In this document: one piece after another, positions 12,341-25,299 of the stretch
Numbering within the stretch: the first letter of the stretch is position 1
How the letters are laid out: every line of letters starts with the position of its first letter
The notes under the pieces: model-generated
Told to the model about the DNA's origin: nothing
Databases searched by the model: none
The model's input: the letters and a program-made list of their open reading frames with translations, nothing else
Position numbers and translations under genes: made by a program
Assembly (NCBI RefSeq): GCF_004010195.1
Contig: NW_025215357.1
Location: 63,486-120,835, forward strand
Origin: Chiloscyllium plagiosum
Lineage: Eukaryota
Length of the DNA stretch: 57,350 nucleotides
Direction: 5' to 3'

Positions 12341-14591
12341 TATTTATAAACTATGACCTAGGTCTGAGAATTCAAACAGTTCTGACATATTTACCTGGAC
12401 CATTACCCAGGAATTGTGAGACAGATATGTTCTTTTCTGACTCATGCATAACTCTACAACTGACCCCTCACCATCAATTCCCCCCTTGATCCCATGTGCT
12501 GCCAACCCCACCCTCCAATTTCTCACTCTCACCAACCTGACCTGTAGCCTCCACCATTTACCTTCTATCATATACCCATCCCACTGACTACCTGTACTAA
12601 CCCCTCCTGACTTAGCAACTGATCCATCTACCCACCCAACACCCTAATAGCCTGCCACTCTGCCCAGTTACCCATTTACTCCACTTCTGCTGTCCACTTA
12701 TTCACTTACCTCACCCCACCCACCCTCCATGCCAGCCACTTAACCACCTACGCACTCAATCACTAACACACTGAGAAGCTTTGGGACATTACTAGCTCTG
12801 GATTCTGGTGAGTAAGAGTTTCAATGCAAATAGAGGATGGACGTTTGCACAGATTCATATCACTGCCCTCTCTTGATGTTTCCTTCTGCTCTAGAGGAGC
12901 TCTTTGGAATCCTGTCCAAATGACTTTTGGACAGAAAATCATTTGTAGGTAAAAGGATAGTTTATGTTGTCTGGTCCCTGTTGTAAACAGTGGGTTTGGA
13001 GTGGTGGTGGTAACTGATCAGAAGGTCTGGGTCATTCTGTCTGATGTTTCCTGTCTAATTACTCAGGTGAGGACATTGCAAATGTCCAAGATCTCTGACA
13101 CCAATTCCAAGCTGGAGACATCCATGGGGGTCGCAGGGAAGAGGCGAATTAATATTGGAAACTTAATCTTTCTAGACAATTTGCATGTAGGTCATGTAAA
13201 TCAGGACTTCCACAGGATTGCAACACATACTTCGGTTGTATATCTGGTTCCTCACTATCCAGGGAGAGGACAATTTGGGCCGTATATTTAGAACCATGAG
13301 AAACTGAGCTAAAATGGAATTTGATGATTTAGTAGATTTCTTTGATAATTACATCAGAACATAATTATCCTAAATTGGCATGAACAATTACTTTGATTTA
13401 ATGTCAAGGAATTGACTTTAGTAGAGATATGGCACTGTCACTTTTAATTCTTTAATCTGGGTTTAAATGCAACCATTCTGGGAGTTTCATATGATATTTG
13501 ATCTTAGTCTGCCAATAGGCAAGGAGGTAAAAACAAAACTTTACATAATCCAGCAATGATTGTATTAATAATTCTCAGAATTGTTAAGAAAGCTATAAGA
13601 ATGGCAGGCATGGAAAATATTTGCTTTCAATCACATGTGATAAGAGATATGTTTCTGAGACTGGGTTAAGAACACATTATTGACAACAGGAGAGAGATGT
13701 GTTGCTCAACATCTGACTCTTTGGAGTGCATGAAGCTAACCAAATAGTAAACACATTCCAACACTTAACAGTAACTCTCCTTGCTTTTGGTGTACACTAC
13801 TTTTGCACTTGACTTGACCTCACCTTCTGTTAGTGGAACTGAGCTGAATTATTTTATTTCCAGGCTAAAATGCCCAAGAGGGAGCCTGTTGAGAGGAACA
13901 CCATCTACCCTGTGGCCATGTAAAGGTTGATTGGTTGTCACTAGGCTGGAGGCAGGAATGCTGCCTTTCCAGATCAGGGAGTCCTTCTTCAAAAAGTGGA
14001 GGGTCCTGCAAAGGCTAGCAGCCGTGTAGCAGTTTGGGACAGAGATACGCAGTGCTGGGTCAATGATTGGTGGTCTGGCTGAGTGCTATCCCTGCATATC
14101 CCAACAAAGGAACTAAGGAGCTAGGTTTCAAGGAGCTTACTGGAGGCTATCCTGTGGGCCCTGGGTTCCTGGAAAGGAATAGCCGCTCTGCCCACTACCA
14201 GGCACCTAGAGGAAAGCCACTTTGCATGGACTTTTCCCATCATTGGTCAAGTTCTGCTGATGGCAGGATGAAGTTCATGGTTGGGCATGAATTGTCCACT
14301 TCGAGCCTCAGTTGACCACTGGTGGGCATGACAGTCAGTGCCGTCTGGTATTGTTGCAGAGTACAGACAGGCTTGTAGGCAGAGAGCAGTCCACCTGCTG
14401 GATTTAATGAGCCTACTATCTTCAAACCTGTGAGGTCAGGAGTGTAAAACCTAATCAACTGCCTTTGACATTCATAATACAAGATATAACTAATCTAATA
14501 TGGCATATTGTGTAAAGATTTCTGTTGTGTATATAGACAGTTGCACAATTTTATCAATGTAGCAAACAGAAACTGTCACAAATATGTTATA

Positions 14592-14811
14592 AAAAAACCT
14601 GAAAGACCTGCAGATACTGTAAATCAGAAACAAAAAACAGAAGTTGCTGGAAAAGCTCAGCAGGTCTGACAACATCTGTGAAGAGAAATCAGAGTTAACG
14701 TTTCGGATCTGGTTCTCAGGAAGGGTCATCAGACCTGAAATATTAACTCTGATTTCTCTTCACAGATGTTGTCAGAACTGCTGAGCTTTTCCAGCAACTT
14801 CTGTTTTTGTG
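14592..14811. mobile_element. Palindromic mini-element with about 80-bp arms and 14-bp TSD
   Basis: Arms at about 14630-14713 and 14728-14810 are near-perfect reverse complements; acaaatatgttata at 14578-14591 and 14812-14825. Confidence 0.9.
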
Positions 14812-15190
14812 ACAAATATGTTATACTTTAATTACTGATGCAGCCCAACTTCACGCATTTACAATTTTTCATTCAGGTTATGTGGCCAAAAGGTAAAAAA
14901 TATACCAAATCATGTAGGGGGAATTTGTAAAAATATGTATTGTGCACTAGGGGGTGAGAGGGAGGGTAGAGTGGGGGATGGGTGACCATGATGCCAATCT
15001 GACCGTCCGATAGTATCAATCTGAGGAATTGCCTAAGTTCTAGGAGAGGCAGCTGGGGTACTATTGGCAAGTTAAGATTGGATGACCTGAAGGTACCTGC
15101 ATGTATGTTTTGTTCTGGATTTCAAAATAAGCTGACAAAAGTTCATGTCCTTGTCACCTAATGTCCTGACTCATGCAATTATGATATTGA

Positions 15191-15445
<255 letters not shown>

Positions 15446-15699
15446 TAAAACAATGCAAAATAAATTAAGGTTATAAGTGAATTTCTTTCTGTATGAATAG
15501 AAACCATTGACTCTTATCACAAGCTGGCTGTATACTGTATTACAGATGTCTTACAATGAGCACACACTGTGGATCTGGTGCTGACCTACATAAGTCTTCA
15601 CCTATTAAAATAAATGGACAGATGTTTTAGAGAAACATGCAATTTTCCTAATACTTGCTGTTGGGATATATGGCTTTTCCTTGTCTGACTTCCTGATCT

Positions 15700-16270
15700 C
15701 TCTTATTGGTGGATGATAGGGCAGTACATGTTACGGGACAGGTTGACTGTGCTTAATTTTGATAAATCACCAGGACCAGATGAGATGCGCCCAAGGACAC
15801 TGAGGGAAGCAAGAGTGGAACTTGTGGTGGTATTTGAAATGGTTATGCAAGGACAAAGGAAATTTGAAGGTGTAAGTCTACAAATCATTGAAAGTAGCAG
15901 GGCAGGTTGAAAAAGTGATGAACAGAAGTTCTAGGTTTTATAAAAAGGGTCATTGACTGAAAATGGAAGGGATTTAAAAAGAAAAAGCAGAATACAATGG
16001 ATGCTAGAATTTAAACTAACATAGCATGCTGGAAATACACACCAGATTTGGCAGCATGTCTGGAGGGAAACAGAATTAACATTTAAAATTGCAACTCATT
16101 TGGATGAAAGGATACTACTTGATGCATTAGTTGTTCTGTCCACAGATACCATCTGATTGGCTATGAATTCCCAGCATTTGTTTCTCTTTCTGAAGTTACG
16201 ATTAACTTGTATGAAACCTTGGTTTGGCATCAGGTGGAGCTTTGGGTTCAAATCTGAGCACCAGACCTTT
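15700..16270 (+). mobile_element. Old CR1 ORF2 fragments with an old palindromic insert (approx. 15980-16190)
   Basis: DKSPGPDEMRPRTLRE motif in ORF 15713-15910; decayed inverted arms inside. Confidence 0.65.
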
Positions 16271-19149
16271 ATGTGTAAAGGCTATTTGGGTGGAAAGTGA
16301 GGAGAAGGGGACTCCTGCATTGTTCTGGGAAGGAGGGAACACGTGAGAGGAGAAGTGTGGGAGATGGATCAAACATGGCTAAGGCCCTCCATTTAACATT
16401 TCAATGAAATATCTTTCGTACCTGCACAATTGGTTATAGTTTGTTAATGTTAAGTTGTTTAATTATTTCAGAAACTAAAAGAAACTGGGTTTGATAGTTG
16501 CAGGAATCTAAAATCAGCCAAAGTAATTCATTCATGCTGCAAAATTCTTGACTGTGTTTTAAGTGACGTAATCTATTACCATGTGATAGAAAACTTCTAA
16601 CAGTTGTTCTCCAATGGAATCCGAAACTTATAACTAAAGTAATATGCATTTTGACTTAAAAATAACTCCATTAGTTATGTTTGTTATCTAACCATATACA
16701 GTACAGTTAAACCTGTTGTTGTTTAAGCATCTCAATTATCTGGATATCGATCCACAGTTTCCATGAATTTGTCGAGAGGTAATATCCAAGGAATAGCAAT
16801 TACCAGGGGAAAATGAATGTTTGTTATTGAAAAAGCATTTTCAAGTGCTGCGTTAACTTCACTATTTCAAGGTGAATTAGCAACACAGACATTTGGCGTA
16901 GTTTCATATGGTTAGACCATCAAGTGGCAGGATGTGGGTTTAAGTCTAACTGAACGCCCAGTGTATTTCTGATCTTAACAGTGGAAAGATGTTGATCGAA
17001 AGGCTCTTGGAAGGCAGGCACCAACAGGCCTGTCTTAGTGACACAAGCTAATTATCATCGAATGTTTTCTATCTTCGAAGAGCCATATCTTCAAAATATC
17101 CCAGCAAGCAATTCCATGCAATTGATGAAACTCATGATACAGTGATGAACTTCAATAACTAGATATTGAATATTACCTAATTTGGACAAAATGATAGTTT
17201 TATTGGGACAGCAAGTTGATCAAAAATAACCCTTTAACAGATTAATAAGTAGAGTTTCGAAAAATACTTAATTTGGCTTATGAACTAGGGTTGATCTTAA
17301 TTAGGATCATATTTTATTGAAAATAGTGAACTGTTGCTCTGAAAAATTCTGTTGCAAAGATTTTCTGTGAATCTGTGATAGTTGTGTCCATTTATAAAAT
17401 AACTTGTTATTTTTGGGACAAGTACAGAAAGTGTTAGCTATTTATATCAATAAAATATTTAAGGAACTATAGTAAACTGCAATTTGGATATTATTTCTAC
17501 AGGGACACTGTTCGATCTCGTTAGTTATGAGAGATCGGAAAAGGTTTGACATTAATAGACTGTATTCTTTGAGTGAGTTATGGAATATCTTTTCCATACA
17601 TTATCAGTTCACAGCTTCACCCCATTGTCATCTGTCCAACTGTTATCATATTCATGCACAAAGATTATTACAGGGAACTTGATTACTGGCATTGATATGC
17701 CTATAAAAATTACTGTAGGCTTTAATTTCTTCTTTTGTTGGGGACATACAAGCAGTTCCTACCATGAACCTTTCTTTTCACGTCTTGTGGTTTTCATTAG
17801 GACTTTATTTGAACCTTAATGCAGTTTGGTTTCTGGGCATATTGAAATGTATCCATGTTGCTGATGTGACATAATGGGTTACTCATATTTTTGCCACTGT
17901 ACTATCTTGATTCACTGCAAGCTGTCAAGGTTGGCATCAGGATCTTTTGTTAGTCTCCGAGCCTTCTCTTACAATGTTTGAGACTTTTGTTCCAGCCAAA
18001 CCAAACAGCTGTTGCTCTGAAATCTTTGCTGGACTCAGGGTTTGATTTGGAACATCTAAGTTCATAACTACACACTGCATTGCTAGCGACAATGTAATCA
18101 TTCTGATGATTATTCAAGGATACCATTCCAACACATACTTCTCAAATGAAGCCAGTGGCTGGTTGCTGTTCTCATTCGATCTCGAAGACCTTCTTCAGGG
18201 TGGGTTCACTGTTAACTTCCCACTGAATTCCCTCATTGCAACGCAGTTATTTGATGAGCTGGCAAATGTTACGACTTTTAGCTTGAAACCAATTCTGTAT
18301 TATATTTGTTTGCTAGAGGACCCATTCCAGTTGATATTTTGCCATATGTGATCTACTCTGAGTGAACACGTCTTAACATCTTGGCAACTTCACTTGTGTT
18401 ACCTGCTTGATCTCACGTGTTGACTAATAAGGGAAGTATAATAATTGATAGTGACTCATATGCAAGTAGAGACTGTTTTTAGCAGAAGAGCGGGGCTGAC
18501 GTATGCACTACACTGAGGTATACCGACCTGTCAGTTTAATTTTAGTGGTGATGAAGCTTCTAGAGACAATTATTTGCGATGGAGTTATTAGTCACATGGA
18601 AAAAGATGGCTTACTTAGGAATGGATTTCTAATGGGCAAATCATGTTCAATTAACTTGCTGGAGTTGTTTGAAGATATAGCAGAGTTGATGAGGGTAATG
18701 GTGTTGAAGTGGTAGTGTACATGAATTTCTAGAAGATGTTTGATACAGTGCAACACAACAGACTTGTGAGAAAAGTTATAACTCATAGAAAAAAGGGAAA
18801 TAGCAACATGGACACAAGATTGGCTGAGTGATAAGGAACAGAGGAATGATCAATAGACTTTTTGAGCTGGAGAAGGTTTGTAGTTGAGTTCCCCAGGGGT
18901 TGACATTGGGACCCTTGCTTTTCCTGATTTATATTTTGGTGTACAGAGGGCAATTTCAAAGTTTGTGGATGACACAAAATGCCAATTTGGAAGCATTGTA
19001 AAACTTTAAAAGTACATAAAATTCAGTGGATTGGGCAGTTACATGGCAGATGAAGTTGTGTGCAGAGAGGTATGAGGTGAGTATTTTCATGGGAAAAACA
19101 TGAACAGACAATGGATGTAGGTTTCTCACTGAGCTGAAAGGTTCATTTT

Positions 19150-19185
19150 CAGATGTTTCGTCATCATACTAGGTAACATCTTCAG
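19150..19185 (-). ncRNA. Minimal type I hammerhead ribozyme motif in a Penelope terminus
   Basis: Minus strand reads tca-CTGAAGA-t-gttacc-tagtat-gatgac-GAAA-catc-tga: both core boxes, stem II and a short stem I. Confidence 0.65.
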
Positions 19186-19489
19186 TGAGCCTCCAGACAA
19201 AGCACTGCTGGTGTTTCCTGCTTTCTATTTATATGTTTGGGTTCTGTATTCATTGGGTACCCATTCCTTTTGAATACGTTGTATAGGTGATTTTCCTCTG
19301 CTCTGCGTAGTTCCTTTGTGCTGCAGTGTGTCGTGGTTTGTTGGAAAATTGTTCTGCTGCAGCTTCGTTTGTGGATGTTGGGATGATTGCTTCTTTTCTT
19401 GTAGATGCTGCAGCACAGAGGAACTACTAGAACAGGGGAAAATCACCTATAGAGTATATTCAAAAAGAATGGGTACTCAATGAACACAG

Positions 19490-19708
19490 GCAAAAGTGAG
19501 GACTGCAGATGCTTGAGAGTTTAGATTAGAGTGGTGCTGGAAAAGTGCAGCAGCCAGGCAGCATCCAAGGAGCAGGAAAATCGATATTTCGAGCAAAAGC
19601 TCTTCATCAGCCCTTTCCTGATAAAGGGCTTTTGCCCGAAACGTTGATTTTCCTGCTCCTCGGATGTTGCCTGTCCTGCTGTGCTTTTCCAGCACCACTC
19701 TAATCTAG
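19490..19708. mobile_element. Palindromic double-hammerhead mini-element with TSD
   Basis: About 90-bp inverted arms 19522-19610 and 19618-19707; caatgaacacag at 19478-19489 and 19712-19723. Confidence 0.9.
19581..19610 (-). ncRNA. Minimal hammerhead ribozyme motif, core intact
   Basis: Minus strand CTGATGA-a-GAGC-tttt-GCTC-GAAA-TATC-ga. Confidence 0.65.
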
Positions 19709-21539
19709 ACCCAATGAACACAGTCCACCGATTGCTCAGCAACAAACCCAAACAAGCAGACAAAACATGTCCATAAACCCTAGCCACTCTCCCCTACATC
19801 AAAGACATCAAAGACTGCCAGACTACTCAGACCCCTTGGCATCATGGTAGCCCAGAAATCCACCAACACACTAACACAGCAGCTAATGAACTTGAAAGAC
19901 CTTATACAGACAACAAGCAAAACTAATGTCATTTACAAAATACTGTGCAAGAACTGTAACAAACACTACATTGGACAAATAGGCAGAGAACTAGCCACCA
20001 TGATACATGAACATCAACTAGCCACAAAACGACATGACCCTCTCTCACTAGTATCCTTGCATACAGATAAAAAGGACACCACTTCAACTAGGATAACACA
20101 TCCATCCTAGGACAAGTCAAACAGAGACACACATGAGAATTCCTCAAAGCTACAAATCTTCCCAAAGATGAACAGACAATGTAATGTAAGCGGATACACT
20201 TCCAAAGAATGGGCAGGAGCAGAGGGGCTTGATTGTATATTCGCACAGAAAGTGGCAAGACCAGTCAAAGAGACCTGTTAATAATGTCTGTAAAATCCTG
20301 GGTTTTATTAATAGGAGCATAGATTTGGAAGAAGGGGATGATGAACTCATATATTTATTAAACTTCAGCAAGAGTATTATGTACATTACTGAGTGCGACA
20401 TTATAGGAAGGTTGTGAACACGTTGGAGAAAGTACAGAAGAAATTTCAAACATTGGTTCTAGGGATGAGGAACTTCAGTGATGAAGATGGTTTGGAGAAT
20501 TTTGGACGATTCTCCTTGGAGGGAAGGATGAGATCTGATAGAATTTAGTTTTGGATAGAGTGGATAGGGAGAAATTGTTCATATTCATAAAAGGAATAAG
20601 AATGAGAGGACATAGATATAAAACAATTTTACAAAGGAAGCAAATGCAATTGAGGAAAAACTATTCACACATTGAGAGGTTCAGCTTTGGAATGCACTAC
20701 CTGGAAGTGTGGTGGAGACAGGTTCAAATGAGGCATTGAAGAGGACATTGTTTCTATTTAAATCATCATCCAATATGCCAGGGTAAAGGGAAATGACAGG
20801 AGTATGACACAGGGTCCTGATGCTTATTTGAAGAGTGGATTGTAGATATGATGAGATGAATGCCCTCATTCTGTGCTGTACTCCTTACTGATTCTGTGAT
20901 GAAGTGGCAATTATCAATAAACAAGCATGCACATTGAATCTTGGCAGGCTGGGGTCATACAGTACTATTCTTTTAGATGAGAACAGCACAGATTTGTAGC
21001 TTGAGCCTGGTACATATACTGTTCAGAGCCTGATTCTACATTGATCAGCGCTTTCCCCCATTAAAGCTTTCAGGAAACAAAAGATGTTCTCTTTGTTTAG
21101 TCACAAAGCCATGCTTATTGGTTAATCCTGTGTACTTTGAGAATGCAGGGAGGGAAAGAATTCAATGGAAGGAACTGCTGCTCCTGAATTAAGGACTAGA
21201 TTGAGATTGGTATCACAGGAAATCAGATGGAACAATGGTTTTTTAATAATACTTCCATGTTCAATACAGAAAGTACATCATGTAACTGGAAAATGAAGAA
21301 TTGATTTAACAGGTTTCATGTATAGGGTTGTTCTAAAGACTTTTTTGTTTTGTTTTGATTTCCTTTCTCTTGAAGTTTAACCCCATTCTCTCTGGACTAA
21401 TTATATAACTTCTTTTTATCTAAATTATCCCTATTTCAGCAATGATAAATAAATGTAAGAAGAAAACTATTGGATTTCAAATGCTACTAGATTAACAAAG
21501 ATTTAAATAGTTGCTGGTCATACAGAATCTGTGTATTAA

Positions 21540-22040
21540 TTGAAGCTTTTCATCTTGCACTCATCAGGACAATTTGCAAGAATGCAAAGGAAAAAAAAAC
21601 ATTTACACTGGTTGAGTAGACTGGATGATTGGCAAAGGCATTGTCATGAAACATTCTCTAATTAGATGATGACTGACAGTTAACTGCCAAGTTTTTCTTT
21701 AGTTTAAACCTGACAGATTGACTGTGTTCAGTCAAGGCATTGGTCAGAGAAATGAACTAGAGAATAGCAGTCAGCTATTTGAGTCAAAACTCAATATTCT
21801 GAATTTCGTTTGTCAGACCAATGCCTTGACTAATCAGACAACCTGTCTATTTGAAATGAAGCAAAGCATTGTAGTTAATGAAGTCATCATCTAACCATAT
21901 GTTCTCAATGGCATGCCTCTGTTAGTCTGAGTCCCTGCAGCAACAATTAACATCCCCTACTCCTACAGAATAAAAAACAGCCTTTACATTAATATTTCCT
22001 GTAAATTGTCTTGATGAGTACAAGACAAAAAGCTTTGAAA
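21540..22040. mobile_element. About 500-bp decayed palindrome made of two inverted Penelope-type termini
   Basis: agtcaaggcattggtc/gaccaatgccttgact and ttagatgatgact/agtcatcatctaa are inverted around about 21780; hammerhead-like ends at 21543-21567 (-) and 22011-22036 (+). Confidence 0.75.
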
Positions 22041-23884
22041 AAATGAATACTTTTCTGCCACATTGACTTCTTCAGGTGTTCATGACATTTATTTCAAACT
22101 ATTTTTAAAGCTTTGAAGATTTAAAAAAAAACACAATAAAGTACTGAATTCATTCTCAAATATTCAGATATATTAAATTATTACAAAAAGAGTGGTACAT
22201 CTTTCTGATAATATACTCATGCATTGCCATATGGAGTAATGCAGTAACATTGTAAATTGTTCAAATTCTCTTCTTGGTTGATGTCAAACTGATGTCAATA
22301 GTTCAACTTGTTTTTAAAAAATGGCAAAAATAAAGAGAAAGGAATGTTTGTGTTTGCAAGTTTGTACACTCTATTCCTGTCAACATTTGTTTTCTCACAG
22401 TGAGATAGAACAGAACATCACTGCCCAAGTCAAATATGTGCACAGCATAATGCTGCTTGAATACACAGGTACAATGAAAAAAACAACTTTGCAAACATAA
22501 TCAAATTCATTTGACCATCCAGCAGAACCACTTTGTTTGGGAGTTTTGTTCTTTTACTGAAATACCTTTCCTTCTACAAACAATGGACTGGCAAATGACA
22601 ATTAAATCTGGAATATTAGTAAATGCAAGCATAAAAGTTGTCATGTGAGATTGAAATGAGAAAGGAATTACGTTGGTACAAAAGATTGATTTTCTTTTTG
22701 TTTTTATTTATTCCACTGACTTTCTGGATCTCCATATTCTACAAATTATTTTCCAGACAATCAAGCTGTCACCACACCTTTGGAAATAGCTGCTATTAGA
22801 TGTGTAAGAACAGCTTGAGGTGACTGCTCCTCTAGTTTTTCTCTCCCGCTGTACATGGAAACCCTCTGGTTCGGCATCACAACTGTCCTAATCTGTTAGA
22901 TAGGGTCATTATCATGTGGGGATTTTCAGGGATAATCCCTTCTCTCTAGATATCACTGTATTGGCCACTGGATTAAAAGCAGTTAAAGCCTTTTTTAAAA
23001 AAGATATCTTCTGTTCCAAAATAATCTCACTTGTGAAATGTTGCTTCGTTTGTGCCTGGAATATCACTTAACTAAAGAAAATGGATTTTGTGATGGTAGC
23101 CACCAAACTCATTAAACCTTCAGTACCTGGCTTTCATTTTGAGTCTTGCTGGTCCATTTCCAAACCAATCTATTTTTATCTTGAACTTGATGTAAACAGA
23201 ATTAAAAATAGCACCCTGCTGATTTGGCTTGGACGTGGATGAGGTCTGCAGTAATCAGTGCAAAGTAGGAGATACTTAATGTAAAATGATTATTGTCTGA
23301 AGTTGTAGAGAGCTCCCTTTTATTCAAATGGGATTCTTTGACTCTTTGGTCCTGAACAATTCAAAAAGGTGCTTCATATGGTATAATTTAGAGCACAGAA
23401 AATAGTAAAAATATTCACACTGGAAAAATTCAGTAAACTGTCACTTTTTTCACAGTATTCTTATGACACAATTTGAAATGTTGGGCTCCCATGTAGATGT
23501 CCTGCCCACTGGTTGAAGATTTGGGATGATGGTGAGAGAGAATGTAGGTTTTCTCCACTATGGGATCATGTTTCTTCCTGTTTCTGATTTTAATGAAGAC
23601 ATTCATTGGCTGTGTTATTCCTATGTGTTTTCTCCTGCAAAGTAAACAAAACGTATAGAGGCAAAATTGCCTGGAAATATAAATGCAGGATCAATGTAGA
23701 TCAGATCAGAATGGGAGGGCACAGAAATACGAAGAACATAGTGAGCTCATGGCTCACAGCAGATACACCTTGGAACTGGGTACACAGTGGTAGATATGTT
23801 GAGCATATGATGTAAAAATCTTTGAGATCAACATTTAGTCATTTAGGCATATAAGGAATATAGCTGAAAAAGAGACTAGAGTCC

Positions 23885-24215
23885 TGGCAGCACTTGGGGA
23901 ATTATCCTGAGTGTGCAAATGTAACATTAACAAACAATTTAAAATTTTCAGTCAGGCTCACAACACTTAGGTTTGCTAGAACCTACATATACAGGGATTT
24001 CTGCAGGCAAAAAGAACACATCCAGGTATAGCATCTTTTTAAATTTAAGCAAAACATGGGAGGCAATAGTTCCCTGTTGTTGGCGCTGCCTCAACCAATT
24101 AGAGGCAGGTTGTTAACTAATCAGAACCCTTTTCTCATGAAACTGTTGCTTCCTTTGCAATTTGTCATTTTTGCATCTGTCCTAGTAAATACAAGGGAAA
24201 AACATAAATAGAAGA
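23885..24215 (+). mobile_element. Penelope-like element 3' remnant
   Basis: Degenerate ..KQFKIFSQAH..LLEPTYI..FCRQKEH C-terminus, followed by a terminus similar to the arms at 21540-22040. Confidence 0.55.
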
Positions 24216-25299
24216 CTTTTTATTTCTGGTACTGTAAGGGAATATAATGGCATAATTAGCATGGTTGTAGGGTGTGGGACATTCATGAAATCTATTGTTT
24301 GTGTTATGCTTAGACCTTCCCTCCATAGAACATATGTTTTCTGCATTTTGTCGATTTTTCCTTTCCTGTATATTTCCCAATATAAATACAATAATGAGAA
24401 TGCAACAGCTCTAACACTAGAGATACTGCTAAAGTACTTCAAATCAACTTTGAAATATATAAAATGTTTATAATTGTCCTTTTTTATTCTTTCTTGACAT
24501 TTCCCACTATTCTTTCTCTTTCCCTTTTTGTCCAAGTTTTAGTCCAACTCCAGTGCAATCAGAATGATGGTGGGGAATTTGCGTGTGCTGATACCATTTA
24601 TGTGTTACTCCCAAAGAAATGGAATGTAATACTTTACTCTTCTGAAAGCTTTGTAAAATGAAGTGAAGATTCCTATTTTTTTAAAAAGATACGTGATCTC
24701 TCATGCCTTCAAGACATTTAAAATTTACTTGCTAAGCTGAGAAATCTCCGTACATACCTCAGCCCAAATGTGTATAGTGCTCTCCTGTGCTAGCCAGAGT
24801 GCAAATTTACAGTGATCAACAGCAAAAATTATGTTGCTAAATGTGAACCAGTTCTTGCAGTTTCCAATCACAAACCAGAAGCTCAGCAAAAACACAGCCG
24901 AAGATAAAGATCCTGTTCATGTCTTATGTATTTCATGAAATCCAATTCAAAACAGCATCTTCAGCCACCTAGCACGTGGTCAGAATTGAAATTCAAAATG
25001 ATACATTGTGAGAGAAAAATAAGAGCTGATGAAACAGAAATGACATTATTTCTAAATTTTTGAATTGAATGCCTGTTGTTCTTCTTTTATCTTGATTTGC
25101 ACACTTTACATAGATTCTTGTCTTTTGACAAAATAACAATTTAGCCTTTTCATCAATGACTTTTCACCATTACAGTGCTGGTGTGGAGCTGTTTAACCTG
25201 ATTGTATGATGTTCAGCAACATAAAAGGTATAGCAACAAAGAGGATTTTTACTGGATGAATAATCTACAGGTTTGAGACTAATTTTCAAAAGTATTAAT

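Larger units (their letters stand above)
19114..20167. mobile_element. Penelope-like element (GIY-YIG endonuclease fragment on +, inverted copy with terminal hammerhead on -)
   Basis: ORF 19844-20110 NVIYKILCKNCNKHYIGQIGRELATMIHEH is a GIY-YIG motif. 19250-19326 is the reverse complement of 19407-19487. 14-bp TSD at 19100-19113 and 20168-20181. Confidence 0.9.
18500..20900 (+). mobile_element. CR1 LINE (RT region to 3' end), interrupted by a Penelope insertion at 19114-20167
   Basis: YRPVSLILVVMKLLE..GKSCSINLLELFE RT motifs; the element resumes after the duplicated atgaacagacaatg and runs to a 3'UTR near 20890. Confidence 0.85.

Noticed and set aside
14592..14811. CRISPR array, bacterial terminator or classic DNA MITE
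   Set aside because: Eukaryotic intron with no repeat-spacer periodicity. The arms are asymmetric (extra head), the TSDs are long and variable, and hammerhead cores point to a Penelope origin.
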